From NCBI GenBank assembly GCA_951406725.2, contig OX597825.1, forward strand, positions 49,848,001 through 49,912,000: a DNA stretch of 64,000 bases, in the 5' to 3' direction. Shown here one piece after another: positions 27,511 through 39,029 of the stretch (the first letter of the stretch is position 1; each line of letters begins with the position of its first letter). The stretch comes from Octopus vulgaris (lineage: Eukaryota). Position numbers and translations under genes: made by a program. Below the pieces are notes generated by a model that did not search any database, was not told the DNA's origin, and saw only the letters and a list, made by a program, of their open reading frames with translations.

Positions 27511-28829
27511 ATCATTCTATTATTCCACTTAAAATGTATGGGTTATATTAATTCTTTTTTTACAAATTCTGAAACTCTGAGTCCTGTTACATAGGAAAAT
27601 GAAACAGATTTTAAAAAGCTTAGAAAAAGTTTTGTACTTTCAAGACACCGTGTTTAAGCAAAAAAGTGCAGAGAATTTTTGCTATTTTGCAAGTTTATCT
27701 GTATTCAGGAGAACGGAATAAACCCATAGGTCTACTGTCTTCGTTTATTAGTGTTACATACGATCTTTTCCAATTGACATGAAGAAATTCAATGAGTATA
27801 TTTTCATAGATATTTATTAATGTTAGGCACAATTTGAAGGATTAAAGGAAAAGAAGTGCAGTTGCAAGAATTGATCTAATTGTAAAAATTCAATGCAGAT
27901 TTGAATCTCAAATTTAAGAAAGCGTTTCTGTCATTTGCGTTGCAGTACCAAATTACAAATCTTTACTGTCGGTTATGGTTTCTTAGGAAAGAGTTTCTAA
28001 TTGCATTTCCATCGATATCTTACGCTGAACATTGATTTAAGAAACCATTCAAAGAATGGGAGTAAAATAAATCTGAGTACAAGCTGTTGTCATTAAAACT
28101 GGGGGTTTTAATGAAGTTAATATTCTGACTGATGAGGTGGAAAATTGTTACCGCTCACCAACTCTACTGATCAGTTAAATATATCAAAGAATTTTACATA
28201 ATTTTGTATAAGTATAGTTTTCGCTATATATCCTTCACTTAAAAAATTAGTGTACCATTTTTAACCCTTGCTAATGTGGTGAATTGGTGAAATATACGCT
28301 CTAAAAGAGATGTATTATACGAGACAGTCTGGAACTCGCTATTTAGGGAAAGACATTGGGTAGAAACTAATAATTAATAAAGATCACTCTGTTACTATCG
28401 TGAAATTATTTATTATTATGTCGTTGAGAGTTAATTAGATGAGTAAATTAGCGTCTGTTACTTACTTTTGTCCCTTAACAGTGAAGTGACATCACACAGA
28501 GACAAATCAGATCCTCTCAATAATAGCAAAATTCCTATAATCATAGTCGAGATGATGGTCTACTGCACATGTTACTTCGAACTCAGTAGTTCGTACCCCA
28601 AATGTAGCTACATCACCAAATTGCTTAAATCATAGTTGTCTCATCCATCTCCATATAAGCAGTACAGTTTGGATCAATAATTAATCTTTATAAGCAGTGG
28701 GTGTATCACATTAGTCACCAATGGCTATGGATAGCTCAATGTCACTTACGGCAACAATTTACATTTCTACGGAAGTTGTAGACAAACATTATTTTATATG
28801 ATGTTAGTGGTTCGATAAAATATTCTTTC

Positions 28830-29345
28830 TACTAAAGGTACAGCAGCTGAAATCGTAGGGCGGGAGCACTCGATTACACTGAGCCCAGCGTTCAACTGGT
28901 ACTTATTTTATAAGACTCTAAATCATAAACATAAACAAGACGTTTTATGAAATTCTTACGCAAATATTAGGATATAGCATTTGCTGAATAACTATGGCCA
29001 TGCTGTGGTATCACCTTGAAGAACTTTTTTGAAGACTTTGCATTTCAAGTCTGGTACATATTCTACTGGATTGTTTTGTCGAACCGCTAAGTTACGAGGA
29101 CATAAACACACAAACACCGCTTGTGGACGGTGGTCGGGGACAAACTCAGGCACAAGACACACACACAGATGTATATCTATATATATACACACGACACGTT
29201 TCATATCAGTTCCTGTCTAGCAAATCTACTAAGAAGCTTTTGACCGGCCAGAGCCTATGGTACAATACACTCATAAGTTTCCACGAGGTGGGACTGGACA
29301 TGGAATCATGCAGTTGGGAAATAACTCCTTATCACATAACTTCAT
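28830..29345 (-). mobile_element. Family A fragment (28830-28910) and degenerate family B SINE (28995-29345)
   Basis: Homology to other copies. Confidence 0.75.
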
Positions 29346-29712
29346 GGTTAAAGATAATACTTTGAAATTCTACAAACTCGGCGAAAGCCAGTTTGGGACT
29401 TGGCAAGAAGAGATGTCCTAAAGCTATGTTGGATAAACTTATCAGTTGTAATTGTGAGTAGTATTTTCGATATATAACTGAGGAATGAAATGCCTTACAG
29501 TTTACGGCATATAAGGTTATCTTCTTTTCCTTTGTGCTCACATTTATCAGCAAATTTCTGTACCTTTGCGGAAATGCATTACTTCACCAAATTGTGTGTT
29601 TGTACATAGACATATATAATATATGTATGTATACGTATTTATACATATATATATGTAATATATGTATGCATACGCATATATACATATATATGTAATATAT
29701 GGATATATACCT

Positions 29713-29779
<67 letters not shown>

Positions 29780-29860
29780 TAAATAGTGAGATATATATGT
29801 ATATTCATATATATTTGTATATATAGTAATATATTTTAATATATATTTTATATATATGTG

Positions 29861-29941
<81 letters not shown>

Positions 29942-29943
<2 letters not shown>

Positions 29944-31680
29944 AATAATAACCGTGTTTCGTGGTCTTCTACCACAACACCTCCTTTATAGGATCCAGTT
30001 AGCTCAAGACATCATCAGGAGGAACCACGTCCGGTTTCGGCCCCTACTCCTCTACCGTTTTGACGTGGCGGGGCCCCCCCTTTTGGCGGTGTCTTCAGCT
30101 CTGGTGTTGGGTGCATGACTTCTTTCTTCTTCTTTCTTCTGTTACCTGGCCTCTTCGATGTATCGTCAGCGAGTGTCAGCCGGTGACTGACTGACGTGTC
30201 AAATTTTTCCCTTTAAATACCTGCCGCCGGGCTCCAGCAGGCAGCCCCAGCAAGTTGTCGCGTGACCCTGTCTCACTTTTACTGACTAGTGAAGGCGCGT
30301 GGTTTCAGCCGGCGCATTTTCTAAACGACCGTCACCTGTCAGTCAGCGAAGCTGATTCAGTGTCAGCTTGTCTCACCTAATGATGTTATTCCCGCCGGCA
30401 TGTTATGACTTTCAAGCTATTTTTGCTCTTCCCGCTTCAGCCATATATAAAAGCTGGTTTTTTCGACCGCCTCCTGTACTCTCCTTATTAGTTTTCGCAG
30501 CTCGGAGCTAGAAAAACAAATCTTCTTTTGAAAAGCGTTGTCATTTTCCTTTCAATGAAGCTTCTAGCCCCCACTGACAGGTGATAATATTGGACATTCC
30601 ATCCCTGTTCTCTGCATTCTTCGATTAGCTTTTCGTACCTCGTCTCCTCTCGTTCCTCTGCATTGGCGATGTTCTCTTCCCAAGGTACTGTCAGTTCTAG
30701 TAAAATTCTTATTCTCCGGTCTCTGTTCCATAGGACTAAATCCGGTCTTTTTGTTGTTTTTATTAGTGGAAAAATTACTTGTCTTTCCAAATCCGTGGCC
30801 ACCTCCTAGTATCCCTTCCATCTTTCGTCTATCTCGTATACTTTACTTGTAGCCCTGGTTTTATAACCTTTTCCCTCCTTGTGGAAGTATACTTTCCTGC
30901 GCTTTTCTACTTTTGGGTACTCTCCCCTATTGTACCTCTCGATCTTCTTCTTGAGTGCTGCGCTTATGACGCTGAGGACTTGATTATGCCGCCATGTATA
31001 TCTTTCTAGTGCTAGTCTGCAATTTGACAGAATATGTCTAACCGTCGCTTTCTGTCCGCATCTACACTCATCGGTTGTTTCTATGTTCCACCAGACTAAG
31101 TTCGCCGGTGAGGGTAGAACGTCGAAGGTAGACTTGATCAGGAAGGATGTTCTTGCTTGTTCCCAAGCCCAAAGTTCCTTCCATGATATTCTGCGGTTGA
31201 TCACATATTATTCCCATCTCAGGCACTGTCCCTGTTGACTGCATTGCACCAAATGTACATTTCGCCTTTCTTCTTCCTCCTTTCTCACTTCGTATACCAC
31301 TGCCTCTTTCATCTCTTTTACACTGCTCTTGCAAAATGGCCTGAAATTTTGCGACCCTAGGCCGGTTCTAGCTTCTTGCGTCGCTCCGACTATATCTGCG
31401 TGCCTTAGTTTTCCGATCGCCCTGTTTACTGCCTCTTCCGCCTTTCATTTCCTCCCTGTTAGTACCTTTGGAGGGTTTTCCCGGATGCTCTGATCTTTTG
31501 AATACTTTAGCATCATTACTGTCCTTGCCTTTCCTGCTTTATATTCTTCGGCGATTGATGTTATTGGTAGTTGCAGCACGGGTTTTCCATATAGTGCAGT
31601 TGTATTCAGTGGTTTCGGCAGACCAAGCCATTTTCTAATAAACACATTGCATCTTTGTTCCATCCTTTCTACCCTACTCT
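29942..31680 (-). mobile_element. 5'-truncated HERO-type (restriction-like endonuclease) LINE with 3' UTR
   Basis: RKWLGLP...ALYG..LQLP; ISW.ELW.WE..R.SFLIKSTFDVLPSPANL; C.C...HILSNC; YTWRHNQVL; RPDLVLW..ELTVPWEE; in-frame stops. Confidence 0.92.
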
Positions 31681-31699
31681 ATATCCATCAATAACAACA

Positions 31700-32325
31700 G
31701 ATGGATAATGTGTCAATTCACTGCAGCTGTTTCCAACGACTAATTAACTTATTAATGGAGACTTAACATCATTAGAAAAATCCGTTTTCATCACCTGTTG
31801 TGTATGCATGTTACATTTTGATTCGACTCGGTTCCTTATCATTTAAGTTCTTGATTCACTTGAATTACCGTCCGTAAGTTATCAGAGGATGTGCGGATTA
31901 GTTACGGTTCAATCCATTATCAGTGAAGATTTGGGTATGAGACACACGTCTCCCGAGTTTGCACCAAAACTGCTTTCAGCTAACCGAAAACACACTCGGG
32001 TTTCAGTTGCACAAGATCACCTTGATTGCGTCGAGAAAGATGAAAACTTTTTAAAAGTATTGCGTAGCCCTCTGAGCAGGTATCGCCAAGCTTTCGGTAA
32101 AATTTAATGCAAATTCTCGGTTCAACTTTCTGTCATGGTCAATGCGAAAATCACATGCTAAGCACAATTCTAAGCACAATTGTAAACAGTGGAAGTGAAC
32201 TAGAGCGTTAAACTCAGTGCACGTGCACAAGAGAGTTCAAGCTCAATATGTGCCAAGTGTCTTTACTTTACATGCTTTAGCTTTGTTACTATGGCAATAG
32301 TCTGGATACTTATTGATCAGACCAG
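31700..32325 (+). mobile_element. Internally deleted mariner relic
   Basis: TVQSIISEDLGMR...FAPKLLS...RVSVAQD.L...DENFL; TIR-like GTCTGGATACTTATTGATCAGACC. Confidence 0.7.
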
Positions 32326-32344
32326 GTTTGTATGTATATATATA

Positions 32345-32600
32345 TATATATTTATATATATTTATATGCTTGTGTCGTTTGTTTTTGAGTTTGTCCCCCA
32401 TCACCGCTTGACGACCAGTGTTGGTTTTTTACGCCCCCGTAACTTAGCGGTTCGGCAAAGCAGACTGATAGAATAAGTACTAGATTTACAAGGAATGAGT
32501 GCTGGTGTCGATTTGTTCGAGTAAATTCTTTCAAGGTTGTGCTTCAGCATACCCGCATTCAAATTACTAAAACAAGTAAAAAATAATAAAAATAAAAGAA
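32345..32600 (+). mobile_element. SINE family B 3' half
   Basis: Homology to 21320-21530. Confidence 0.85.
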
Positions 32601-32994
32601 TATATATGTCAGATAAAACTACCTTATTAGAGGTAGTTCTTCGAGGATACGATTAATGTTGTTATTAGTTGTTAGAAAAAGCGTCATTTAATGCTTTGTG
32701 AATTTTCTACGTATTTGTATTCTGAATTGAGAGCTGGTGATACAAAATACGCGTCAGATTGAATTCATTGTGGGAAGGAGAAGTAGTTTCAAATCGAACG
32801 AATTTGGTTGTGAATACGGTGATACAGATTAGACGTTATATACCGAGGGGAACAGTTTATACTCTAACAACCAAATCTCCTGTGGTAAATCCAATGGTCA
32901 AATAACTACCTTGTAAGCTGATTACTGCATCATTTAAGTACATCAATTTAGCTAGGTTTCTTTCAACTACTACTACTAATGGTTTCAAGTTTTG

Positions 32995-33415
32995 GGATCT
33001 TTTCGGTTCGACCGGCAGTTTTCTAGCGGTGTCATATGAAATTGTCACCCATAATTATGACCCTAGTATCAATCTATTGCATTTCAATCTGTTTTAGGGT
33101 TAGGGTTAGGGTTAGGGGTGGGGGGAAGGGTCTCTTTTTTTCTTCAGAAATGTAGATAGACCCAATCCGCTTGTTAAACGAGGGACATATTCATACGGCA
33201 CAGAATGTTTTCAACTCAATAGACGTCATTGATTGGTTGAAATTGCAGAGATTGAAGAAAAACAACAACAAATGTCTTACAAACTATAGAATTTTCTCAA
33301 TAAAGCCAAGAGAAAAAGATGTTTTATAAACACATTCTACCAGTATATGAAGTTTAAAAGTGTTTACTTACGTGGAAATTATTTTAAAAAACTGCCGGTC
33401 AAACCGAAAAGATCC
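32995..33415. mobile_element. Non-autonomous TIR element (Merlin-like) with 8-bp TSD and internal (TTAGGG)n
   Basis: TIR GGATCTTTTCGGTTCGACCGGCAGTTTT / AAAACTGCCGGTCAAACCGAAAAGATCC; TSD AAGTTTTG at 32987-32994 and 33416-33423. Confidence 0.9.
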
Positions 33416-34142
33416 AAGTTTTGGAACAAGGCTAGTATTTTCAAGGGTAAGGAGTAAGTCGATTACATCGCCCCTATTGTTGAACTGGTAACTATGTCGA
33501 CCCCTACAGAATGAAAGCAAAGTCAGCATTGCCGGAATTTGAACTCAAAACGTAAAGACTAAATACCACTGAGAATTTTGCCCGACGTGCTAACGGTTCT
33601 GCCAGCTCACCGCCTCCATAATAATGATTTCTAATGTTGGCACAAGGCCAGTAATTTCAGAGGTTAGAGTAAGCAAATTACATCGACCGTTCAACTCGTT
33701 CTCATTTTACCGAATCCGAAATAACAATAGACAAAGCAGACATCGGCGGAATTTCAACGTAGAGCGTACAGACGGATGAATGTTTGCTGCAGGGACCACG
33801 AAGACTTAACATGAATTCCGCAAAATCAGAAATATATTGTTTTCAAAATCAAGCTAACAGTTATTTATAAATCCTTACAAACATTCGAATTTTGATGTAT
33901 CACAAGTTTAATGAGCCCCAAAGGAATATTGGTTCAAAATTTGCTACAAAGCCAGCAATTTCGATGAAGGGTTTAAGTCAAATACATCGATCCCAGTGCT
34001 CAACTGGTTCTTATATTTTTGACCCAGAAAGGATTAAAGGCAAAGTTGACATCGGCGGAATTTGAATGTAGAACGTAAAGATGGACTAAATGCCGCCAAG
34101 TCTTTTTCTCGGCGTGCTAACGTTTCCGCCAGCTCGCTGCCC
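33416..34142 (-). mobile_element. Cluster of three family A SINEs (33416-33616, 33625-33785, 33930-34142)
   Basis: Repeated family A homology, same orientation. Confidence 0.88.
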
Positions 34143-34174
34143 TCAACAACAAAGTATTATTGTGTGTTATTTAG

Positions 34175-34535
34175 ACGTAGGCGTTACTGTGTGGTAAAAT
34201 TCTTCCTTCTCAACCACATAGAACTGGTTTTAGTCTTACTGCGTTGCACCTTGCGCAAGTGGCTTCTGTTATATAGTCTTAGCAATGTGAGTGAATTTGG
34301 TAGACAGAAACTAAAAGAAGCCTGTCGTATATGTATATATATTCTTTTATTCTTTTATTTGTGTCAGTCATTTGACAGCGGCCAAGCTGGAACACCGCTT
34401 TTTTCGTCGAAAAAATCGACCATAAGCATAATACTTATTCTGTTGGTGTATTTTGCCGAACCACTAAGTTAAGGGGACGTAAACACATGAATATCGGTTG
34501 TCAAGTGATGGTGGGACTACAAACACAGATACACA

Positions 34536-34583
<48 letters not shown>

Positions 34584-34960
34584 ACGTTTTCTTTCAGTTT
34601 CCATCTGCCAAATCCGGTCACAAGCCTCTGGTCGGCCTGAGGATATAGTAGAGGATACTTGCCCAAGGTGCTACGCAGTGGGTCTAAACCCGGAACCATG
34701 TGGTTAGGAAGCAAGCTTCTTTCCACACAGCCACACCTGCGCTTATATATGTGTGTGTGTTTTTGTGTCTGTGTCTATCCTCCTCCTAACCGTTTGACAA
34801 CGGGTGCCGGTGTGTTTACTTCTCGGTAACTTAACAATTCGTCATAAGTAATCGATAAATAAGTACCAGTGTTTAAAAACGTGCTGGGGTCGATTCATTA
34901 ACTAAAATTTCTTGAAGCTGGTGCACCAGCATGGTTACTGTCAAATGACTAGAACAAGTT
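34175..34960. mobile_element. Family B SINE (+) split by an inverted family B SINE (34340-34743, -)
   Basis: 5' half 34175-34335, full inverted copy, then 3' half 34745-34960. Confidence 0.85.
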
Positions 34961-34981
34961 TAAACATTAAATAATAGATAG

Positions 34982-35200
34982 AGCGGCAAGCTGGCAGTGT
35001 CGTTACCACACTGAGAACAATGCTTAGCAGTATTTCTTCCGCCTTTACGTTCCGAGTTCAAATGCCCTAGTTGTCAACATTGCCTTTAATATTTCGGAGT
35101 CTGTAAAATAAATACCAGTTGAACATTGAGAGTCAACATAAGCGACTTATCCCCTCCCGCGAAATTGCTTAGCTTGTGTCAAAATTCGAAATCAATATTG
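34982..35200 (+). mobile_element. SINE family A (only plus-strand copy seen)
   Basis: GCGGCAAGCTGGCAG...GAGTTCAAAT...GCCTTT...ATAAATACCAGT. Confidence 0.85.
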
Positions 35201-35694
35201 TGTGCTATCAACTTAAGCTAAATCCATGACATCGAGTTTTGAACGGAGTTAAATACTTTCACATTATCGATTATAATAAAACGATTGTCGCTTTAAATTA
35301 GAAAACACCAAGACAATATTTATAGTTGAGAATAATTTTATGAATAAGCAAACGTTTCTAAGTTCACTTTGAAATCTTTCTATTTATTTTCGATTTTACA
35401 TATTTGCTATGCCATTAAATAGATTTGGCTAAAGTATATAAAATTTCTGTGAAGTTGGTTCGCATTTGCCTTCCACCTCCGTTAGTTACTCCCTCCCCCT
35501 CTCTCTCTCTCTCTCTCACCCTCAGTACCTCTTTTCTCCTCCTCACTGTCTTTCTATGAAGTTATCCCACGCTCTCTTATTTGATTTCTCTCCACGTTCT
35601 TTAATATCTATCGATTTATCTATCTTTAATTGTTCAGTCACCTTCACCCATATATGTATATATATATATATATACTTATATATATACTTATATA

Positions 35695-35752
<58 letters not shown>

Positions 35753-36014
35753 TATACTTACTGATACACGCACACACATATATATATTATATGTAGTAAA
35801 CGTTGACCTGTGTTTGCCTGTATGCTTGTGTATATATTAACAACAAATGGAATTTGCTATAACCTTGCGACATCGTACACGTGTTTATTGTTATCGATTC
35901 ATCCCTCACCACAACGCACATTTTTTAACCTAAAAAATGTATACATATACAAGAATTTATATAGAAACATATACAAGAATTTATATAGAAACAGATACAT
36001 GAATGTGTGAGTGA

Positions 36015-36083
<69 letters not shown>

Positions 36084-37029
36084 TGTGTGTGTGTGGAATC
36101 GAATGAGTAGACAATACTTAGTCCATTTGATAGAGCTGATATTTGCAGATGAACGGATGTTACCTAGATCACCTAGCATTCAGTTTTATAGGGACTAAAA
36201 CATGTGACTAATGGGGCAAAGATTCATAGGACGATTAATGAGGTCACTGAACTTATGACTAGTGTTTCCGTGTCGTTACGATTCACCGGCTACGGACGCC
36301 GAATCTACCGTTCTTCTCTCACTAACAACTGCCGTCCTTATATTTAAACAGAAAATAGTACACTGCATGGCGATTGTCAAATTTGTCAAGCTGGAATTGA
36401 TAAACTAGAGGCGCACAAAGTAACAAATTATCGAAATATAGGCTTGTATAATTATATTTAAGACGTTCATGTACACTCTGATATAGAAAAATGCTTCCAT
36501 GGGAAATTCTTAGGAAAGAAATTATTTTTATAATCAATACATGCGAAAACACACTATTCAGGTCTCAATAACGTCTTCATACTGTACAACAGTTGTTTCA
36601 GTGTTGTTACGCTGCATCAAGTACGGTCACAGAGTCGGACATTCAAAGCACACAAAATGTTGCAGTTCTTTTATTTACACTGTAATTAGAAAATATTCTA
36701 TACTGCGTCATTCAGAGCACAGCAGTGCTTTTTCCTACCTAGATATTTTCTGCACTGAAGATTTTTCATCGAGCAAGTTTTTCACACTTAGCAACTTTAC
36801 TTATTTGATGCTTAAACATACGGATTGAAATTCTTAATGGTACATGTACAACAGTTCGATGTCCGTTGTTAATGAAGCATAGCAACAATGATACATAAGT
36901 GTAACGGTCTGATGATAGCATTCATAGAACATTGGTGTGCTTTTAAACATAGTGACAATAAGAATTTCTTTCTTAAAGCGTTTTTCTGCGTCTGGCCATT
37001 TTCGAGTGTGCACCAGCATGTTAAATATA

Positions 37030-37103
<74 letters not shown>

Positions 37104-37244
37104 CATACACACATAAAGCGAAACACCATATACATGTGTGAGTATCTTTGTGCAGGTATGTGTGTACGTTGTGTACGTGTAATGTGTGTACAGGAGAGAA
37201 AAATGTCATCCCCATCATAGAACAATTATTCACTATTAAGACTG

Positions 37245-37660
37245 ATTTTGGTTTCAAAATTTGTCACGATACCAGAAATTTCGGAGGCGGGATTATGTTA
37301 AATAATTCAACTCCACTACTGAAATGGTACTCATTTTATCGACCCAGAAAGAATAAAAAGCAAAGTCGAATTTGAATTTAGAATCTAAAGACGGACGAAA
37401 TCTCCGCTAAGCCTTTTGTCCGGCGAGCAAAGTATTCTACCACCTCGCCGCCGTAACTCATGAGATAGGTATTAATTTCAAATATTGGCACAAGGCTAGC
37501 AATTTCGAGGAAAGGGTTAAGTCGATTTCATCGAGCCCAGTGCCCAGATGGTGTTTAGTTTATCGATCTCGGAGGGTGAAAGGCAAAGTCGATGGAATTT
37601 GAACACAGGAAGTAAGGATGAAAGAAATGTCACTAAGCACTTTGTCTGGCATGCTACAAC
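37245..37660 (-). mobile_element. Two tandem family A SINEs
   Basis: Homology; copies 37245-37453 and 37470-37660. Confidence 0.88.
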
Positions 37661-38386
37661 TGACAGATACGATTAGCTTGAATTGCCTAGTAAACAGAAA
37701 GTAGGAGATACCAAGAGAGGGAGAGAGAGAGGGAGAAAGATGTAAAGGGAGATAGAGAGAGAATTATGTATGTGAAGTGCTGTTAAAGAACAATCTCCGG
37801 GAACACTGTTTAAAACTATTTGTTTAGTATTTCCGTGGATTGTCTTTCAACTCTCTGTTTCGACTACAGCTCACTTCCTGATAACTATTTAACATGCAAC
37901 TGTATATGCCAGGATAAATGTAAAGCTTATGCGATTTGAAATTTACTAAAACGTTTGTCATAAGTCAACTTATTGTAATGAAGTGAATTGTAGCGTGGAC
38001 TAGATTTATGAAACTGAAGCGAAAATCAGAATATGGTATGGTTCTACAACTTTTTATTGAAAGAAATTATTCATAAATGTTTTTTTGTATAATTTTGAAA
38101 TACATTAAATAGATTATGATTTACATAGCAGCGCTTATCTTATGAAGACAAACTGTAACGTTATTTAGTGAAATATGCTGGAAAGTAAACGATTGCATAT
38201 TTGTGTGGTTATGCTCTAGTTTAATAAATCTGGAGAAATACAGTATGGTGTCAGTCCTATTAGAATACTTATCGAACACCAGCCGCATATAAAAAAAATT
38301 TGTGAAGGATTTTTTAAACAAAAATACAGTGTTTTCAATTTGCGTTATGTTGCATATTTTTCAAGGAGAAATACCCATACAATATT

Positions 38387-39029
38387 GGTTTCAAATTTTG
38401 GTACAAGGTTTGGTGGAGGGGCTAAGTCTGTTTCAACGAGCCCATTATTCAACTGATTATTTTGTCAAACCTGAAAGGATGGAAGGGAAGTGGTCCTCAG
38501 CGGAATTAGAACTCATAACGCAAGTCCGGCGTGGTATCAGTTCTGCTAGCTCAGAATACCTATAAAATATTGGTTCTAAATTTTGGCACAAGGCCATTAT
38601 TTCAGGGAAAGGGCTAAATCTATTTTATTGACCCTGTTGCTGATTTGGTACTTATTTTATCGACTTCGAAAGGATGAATGGCAAATTCGAGCTCGGTGAA
38701 ATTTGAAGTTAGAACGTAAAAACGGAGGAAATGCCGATATGCGTTTCGCCTAGCATATTAACAATGTTAACGATTCTGCCAGCTCGCCGCCTTATAGGAT
38801 ACTTATAAAATATTCTTTTCTACTCTAGGCACAAGGCCCGAAATTTTGGGGGAAGGGGCCACTCGACTAGATCGACCCCACTACGCAACTGGTACTGAAT
38901 TTATCGACCCCGAAAAGATGAAAGGCAAAGTCGACCTCCGCGGCATTTGAACTCAGAACGTAAAGAGAGACGAAACACTGCTAAGCATTTCGCCCAGCGT
39001 GCTACGGTTTCTGCCTGCTCGCCGCCTTA
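38387..39029 (-). mobile_element. Three tandem family A SINEs
   Basis: Copies ~38387-38553, 38572-38796, 38815-39029. Confidence 0.92.

Noticed and set aside
28466-28535. Possible minus-strand exon (ILLLLRGSDLSLCDV...)
   Set aside because: Weak acceptor, no homology, cannot be linked to other exons.
33093-33125. Possible telomere or fusion site
   Set aside because: Only about four units, enclosed in a TIR element with TSD.
35944-35992. 24-bp direct tandem duplication (a similar one at ~62658-62710)
   Set aside because: Ordinary slippage duplications.
36192-36347. Open frame after an AG (GLKHVTNGAK...RPYI*) as a terminal exon
   Set aside because: No recognisable homology and no supported upstream exon.
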